The notes beneath the pieces are model-generated. The model did not search any database, was not told where the DNA came from, and saw only the letters and a list, made by a program, of their open reading frames with translations. A DNA stretch of 31,208 bases. Origin: a virus. Taxonomy: Duplodnaviria > Caudoviricetes. Shown in pieces: positions 27,792 to 31,208 of this stretch (its first letter is position 1; each line of letters starts with the position of its first letter). The stretch spans positions 1-31,208 of IMG/VR virus record IMGVR_UViG_3300020190_000242. One strand, 5' to 3'. A program made the translations under genes and the position numbers.

Positions 27792-28490
27792 TTAATTCGC
27801 TTTTCTTTCTAGCATATAGTCGAAAAGTTTTGATTTCATTCTTAAACGTTTTCTAACTTCATCTGGCTCTTCATACTTCATATTTAATTTGTTTAAGGCT
27901 TTTTTACGTCTATTAAGTTTAGCCTCTAGTTTGCTTGTATCTATGCATCGAATCCACTTATATCCTTTCCAAGAGTCTTCGTTATCATTATCGGCAAACT
28001 TACTGAAAACTTCTGAATATTCTACCTTCTCGCTATCTGCTAAACATTTATCATATGGTGCGCATTTTTCGCAAACATCATCACATCCTTTAATGTGAAT
28101 CTGCCAATTTGTCTTTCTAAAGCCATGATAAAACAAAGTCCATGAACCAGGAATACATGATTTTAATTGATGAACATCGTCCTTTGTTCTAAAAACAAAC
28201 TCACCTTTTTTGCGATTATAATCTTTGCCATTGAATGTTTCTAGATATCCACCCTTTAAAATGTAGGTTACTGTTGCCCAAGGATGATTATGATCGTATC
28301 CACCGTCAGTATATTTTTCTACAGGAAAGTAATGTAACCATACATTAGGTAACCATCTCATTCCCTTCTTTTTGTCTTCATCCTCTTCAAAATAAAACAA
28401 ATAGTATCTATGCGCTAAAATGTTACCGTAAAAATCAACAAATACTTTTTTTCTTCCAATCTTCTCAAGAAATCGCAAAAACAAATTCAT
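27792..28490 (-). CDS. Cupin-fold (RmlC-like) protein with a C-terminal Cys cluster
   Basis: HNHPW....ILKGGYLE...H metal-binding cupin pattern, followed by CDDVCEKCAPYDKC. Confidence 0.7.
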   Translation of the reverse strand: MNLFLRFLEKIGRKKVFVDFYGNILAHRYYLFYFEEDEDKKKGMRWLPNVWLHYFPVEKYTDGGYDHNHPWATVTYILKGGYLETFNGKDYNRKKGEFVFRTKDDVHQLKSCIPGSWTLFYHGFRKTNWQIHIKGCDDVCEKCAPYDKCLADSEKVEYSEVFSKFADNDNEDSWKGYKWIRCIDTSKLEAKLNRRKKALNKLNMKYEEPDEVRKRLRMKSKLFDYMLERKAN

Positions 28491-29182
28491 TTTGTAAACC
28501 TCACAATTTTTACTCGTCGCGCATTATTATTTGTAACATTTAATGTTGCATTCACAAACTTATACATACGCTTACTTCTTAAAATCTTTTCTCCACTATT
28601 GAGTGAATCAGAAAACAATAAAAAGCAAGATTCAACTTCTGGTCTTGATAATGTGATTGTTTCTCCAGATTCTATGGTTCTATTCATAAAAGTATATCTT
28701 GAATATGATCCATTTAATCTTGTAACACATAACATTTCTGCATCTTCGGAATTGAGAATAACTTTTGCTTTTGGTGAAGCAATTTGCCATCTGATGTGAT
28801 TATCCACCCACTCACTAGACTGCCAATCAGTTGTGATGTCAGCATACAACTTATTATTCGCCATATCCTTTGTAAAGGTATAATTTGTAAGTGCTGGTGA
28901 AATCGTTGTTAGATAATTGTCTACTTCACTTTCAGATATCTGCCCTGATTTCCATTCCCACTCAGCTCTAATGTTTCCACTTAAAAATAATTGCCCATTA
29001 AAACAACTAACGACATTTGCCAGTGTTGAGTGTGGATTTAATGCGCCAGCAGAATGATGTGCGCTGGCGATGCTGTCGCGCATAATATATTTGCCAATGT
29101 TTCCTGGTTCAAAATGAGAGACTAAAAGTTCATCATCGTACAGACCAAGAATTTTAGGAGTTATATTGGATTCAAAAGCCAT
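28487..29182 (-). CDS. Hypothetical protein
   Basis: 231-aa ORF overlapping both neighbours (TAATG / ATGA); no recognised motif. Confidence 0.75.
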   Translation of the reverse strand: MAFESNITPKILGLYDDELLVSHFEPGNIGKYIMRDSIASAHHSAGALNPHSTLANVVSCFNGQLFLSGNIRAEWEWKSGQISESEVDNYLTTISPALTNYTFTKDMANNKLYADITTDWQSSEWVDNHIRWQIASPKAKVILNSEDAEMLCVTRLNGSYSRYTFMNRTIESGETITLSRPEVESCFLLFSDSLNSGEKILRSKRMYKFVNATLNVTNNNARRVKIVRFTK

Positions 29183-29322
29183 TATAATTCCTCTGCTTCA
29201 GTTTCTGGATCAGTGAAAGGGGCTTTGATATAACTCTTCAATGGAAGATTAATTGTTGTCTCGTCGCCGTTGTCCCATTGCAGTGTGGTATTTGCGCTAT
29301 TATTTTCTGTATTTGCTGACAT
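29182..29322 (-). CDS. 46-aa acidic microprotein
   Basis: Hand translation: MSANTENNSANTTLQWDNGDETTINLPLKSYIKAPFTDPETEAEEL; TAATG overlaps at both ends. Not in the ORF track. Confidence 0.7.
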   Translation of the reverse strand: MSANTENNSANTTLQWDNGDETTINLPLKSYIKAPFTDPETEAEEL

Positions 29323-30341
29323 TAGTATACCAACACTCCATCAGCATAAAAGTTTGGACTTGTTTTAAATTTATTATTAAAGGTGTAGACTGTATCAAAA
29401 TGATCAATTCGTACAATTTCATCTACCTGGATTGAATTATTGTCTTTATCCACAAAGTTGTCGCCAACTTCCACCATCTGAACATTAGTTAAACTCTTGT
29501 ACCCATTCATTGTGAGTGCAGGATTCATCGAACAATATCCTTTACCAACTACAAAAAATGGATGATCATGTGAAGCACGTATTTCTTTTCCATTTGCTAG
29601 AGTATACTTGTACATCATTCTATTCACGCGTGTAATTAATTCCTCAACTTCATTAGTTTCATGCTGCTGAGTTTCTGGATTATATGATAGAATTTGATCA
29701 CCAACCTGAATTTGATTAATATTTTTTTTTGATAAATCAGCCATTGTAACTTCAGTATCATGTGTAAAACAACAACCGCCGCCGCCTCCGCCGCCGCCGC
29801 CACCGACGCCGTCAGGTATCGCGCCACCATCATTAAATCGTAATCCAATTGTAAATGTTCCGCTGGCTGGTAGATTAAACGGTTGATTCCAATAAATCTC
29901 AGCACCACCTGTACCATATCCATTCACTGTGCTTGTAATTGTTCTTTGAATATCTTGTGTTGCTAAAATATTAATGTTACCGGCAGGATAATTTTCAAAT
30001 GCAACCCACATAAACATCACTTCTGTACCATCACCATAATTAAATGATATAACAGAAGCCACATTTTGAGTAATACTAGTATTGGCTATTACAATTTGAT
30101 CATCAATGCTTCCATGCAAATATTCAGTAAACCCAGTTTGATTTCCAAATTTTTGATCATAAGAAGCAGAAGTAACGGTTGCTCCATATGATCTATAAAG
30201 ATCACTCATTCTAACATCATTATTAAAACCGAGTCCAAGTCTATTTGCAGCATCACTGCGCAATGCAACCTGACCTGAAAATGATTGCAGGATCTCCAAT
30301 CTGAGTGAACTCATGCTGATTTGTCCAGAGGTTGGTGTCAT
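29322..30341 (-). CDS. Putative fibre-tip protein with a C-terminal Hint (hedgehog/intein) domain
   Basis: Gly10 linker, then CF...T.V.MAD...K.I..I.VGD.I.S (block A), ASHDHPF (block B) and VY.F......NFYADGVLVY (blocks F/G). Confidence 0.85.
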   Translation of the reverse strand: MTPTSGQISMSSLRLEILQSFSGQVALRSDAANRLGLGFNNDVRMSDLYRSYGATVTSASYDQKFGNQTGFTEYLHGSIDDQIVIANTSITQNVASVISFNYGDGTEVMFMWVAFENYPAGNINILATQDIQRTITSTVNGYGTGGAEIYWNQPFNLPASGTFTIGLRFNDGGAIPDGVGGGGGGGGGGCCFTHDTEVTMADLSKKNINQIQVGDQILSYNPETQQHETNEVEELITRVNRMMYKYTLANGKEIRASHDHPFFVVGKGYCSMNPALTMNGYKSLTNVQMVEVGDNFVDKDNNSIQVDEIVRIDHFDTVYTFNNKFKTSPNFYADGVLVY

Positions 30342-30344
30342 CGA

Positions 30345-31208
30345 TCAGCCCTTTTGAATCAAATCCATTAATGCATCTTGTTTCTTGTCAATATCTTTAA
30401 TGGCTTCAATAAGTAGTGCAACGATCTTATCGTACTTAACAGCAAGAATTCCATCTGGTCTTTCAGCTACAACTTCTGGTAGCACTTGTTGAATGTCCTG
30501 AGCGATAACACCAATATCTTGCTTACGAACAAAATATCCATCTTCACCGCCGCGTCTTTGAACTTCTTCTTCATTCCAATCATAACGAACACCATTAATC
30601 TTCTTCAGAAGTTCAAGAGCATTTTCGATGTTGCGAATATTTTCTTTGAGTCGACGATCAGAGGAATAATATGCAATCACATCACCAGAAGAACGAATTT
30701 CATTCGATGCAATAGATGTAGATGATGTACTAACGATCAATCCACCAAAATAAACATGATTGGTTGTGTTTGCAGCTCCAGCTGGACCTTGTGGACCTTG
30801 CGGACCAGTCACACCTTGTGGACCTTGTGGACCAGTCACACCTTGTGGACCTTGTGGACCAGTCACACCTTGTGGACCTTGTGGACCAGTCACACCTTGT
30901 GGACCTTGTGGACCAGCAGGACCTTGTGGACCTTGTGGACCAGTCACACCTTGTGGACCTTGTGGACCAGCAGGACCTTGTGGACCTTGTGGACCAGCCG
31001 GACCTTGTGGACCTTGTGGACCAGTCACACCTTGTGGACCTTGTGGACCAGCAGGACCTTGTGGACCTTGTGGACCAGTCACACCTTGTGGACCTTGTGG
31101 ACCAGTCACACCTTGTGGACCTTGTGGACCAACACCCTGTGGACCTTGTGGACCTTGTGGACCAGTCACACCTTGTGGACCTTGTGGACCAACACCCTGT
31201 GGACCTTG
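30345..31208 (-). CDS. Collagen-like tail fibre with C-terminal peptidase S74 intramolecular chaperone (5'-truncated)
   Basis: GPQ repeats open to the window edge; [26 protein letters not shown]......LIEAIK motifs. The GTG start in the ORF track lies inside the repeat. Confidence 0.92.
   Translation of the reverse strand, partial: QGPQGVGPQGPQGVTGPQGPQGPQGVGPQGPQGVTGPQGPQGVTGPQGPQGPAGPQGPQGVTGPQGPQGPAGPQGPQGPAGPQGPQGVTGPQGPQGPAGPQGPQGVTGPQGPQGVTGPQGPQGVTGPQGPQGVTGPQGPQGPAGAANTTNHVYFGGLIVSTSSTSIASNEIRSSGDVIAYYSSDRRLKENIRNIENALELLKKINGVRYDWNEEEVQRRGGEDGYFVRKQDIGVIAQDIQQVLPEVVAERPDGILAVKYDKIVALLIEAIKDIDKKQDALMDLIQKG
30781..31208. repeat. Highly homogeneous 9-bp-based (ggaccttgt) tandem array with 27-bp higher-order units
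   Basis: Read directly from the sequence; encodes GPQ/GVT/GPA. Confidence 0.9.

Noticed and set aside
29322-29771. Hint domain as a mobile, splicing intein
   Set aside because: It is C-terminal, lacks the His-Asn end, a C-extein and an endonuclease; no simple frameshift restores HN in frame with the 46-aa ORF.
25470-31208. Regularly spaced repeats resembling a CRISPR array
   Set aside because: Periods are multiples of 9 bp, in frame within collagen ORFs, with no unique spacers or cas genes.
1-31208. Stop-codon reassignment
   Set aside because: Core genes are full length in the standard code, and TAA, TAG and TGA all end genes at expected positions.
1-31208. tRNA, rRNA or structured ncRNA genes and intrinsic terminators
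   Set aside because: Intergenic gaps are all under ~70 bp once the small ORFs are counted; no cloverleaf or GC-rich stem with U-tract was seen by eye.

Overview
The window is a dense, almost entirely minus-strand segment of a T4-like (Tevenvirinae/Kyanoviridae-type) myophage genome in the standard genetic code; the host cannot be identified from this sequence. In transcription order (right to left) it has three parts. (1) A fibre/adhesin region: a truncated GPQ-collagen fibre with a peptidase-S74 chaperone, a Hint-domain protein, a cupin, a second collagen fibre, and a 1170-aa Gly-rich protein. (2) A modification-enzyme cassette: a PKHD/prolyl-4-hydroxylase-like 2OG-Fe(II) oxygenase, a second putative oxygenase, a sulfotransferase, and GT4 and GT2 glycosyltransferases. 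(3) The canonical T4 morphogenesis block gp13-14-15-16-17-18-19-20-67-(x)-68-21-22, ending in the first codons of gp23. T4-type late promoters (N[A/C]TAAATA) precede several genes. Four observations stand out: the Gly-rich protein has four length-matched (~240 aa) arms in A-B-A-B order, suggesting a single-chain four-stranded polyglycine-II fibre; the fibre genes sit next to hydroxylase, glycosyltransferase and sulfotransferase genes, a candidate collagen-type virion modification system; gp22 is about four times its usual size and looks like a protease-cleavable polyprotein with amphipathic cargo; and a cleavage-only Hint domain follows a Gly10 linker. Family assignments come from motif recognition, not database searches.
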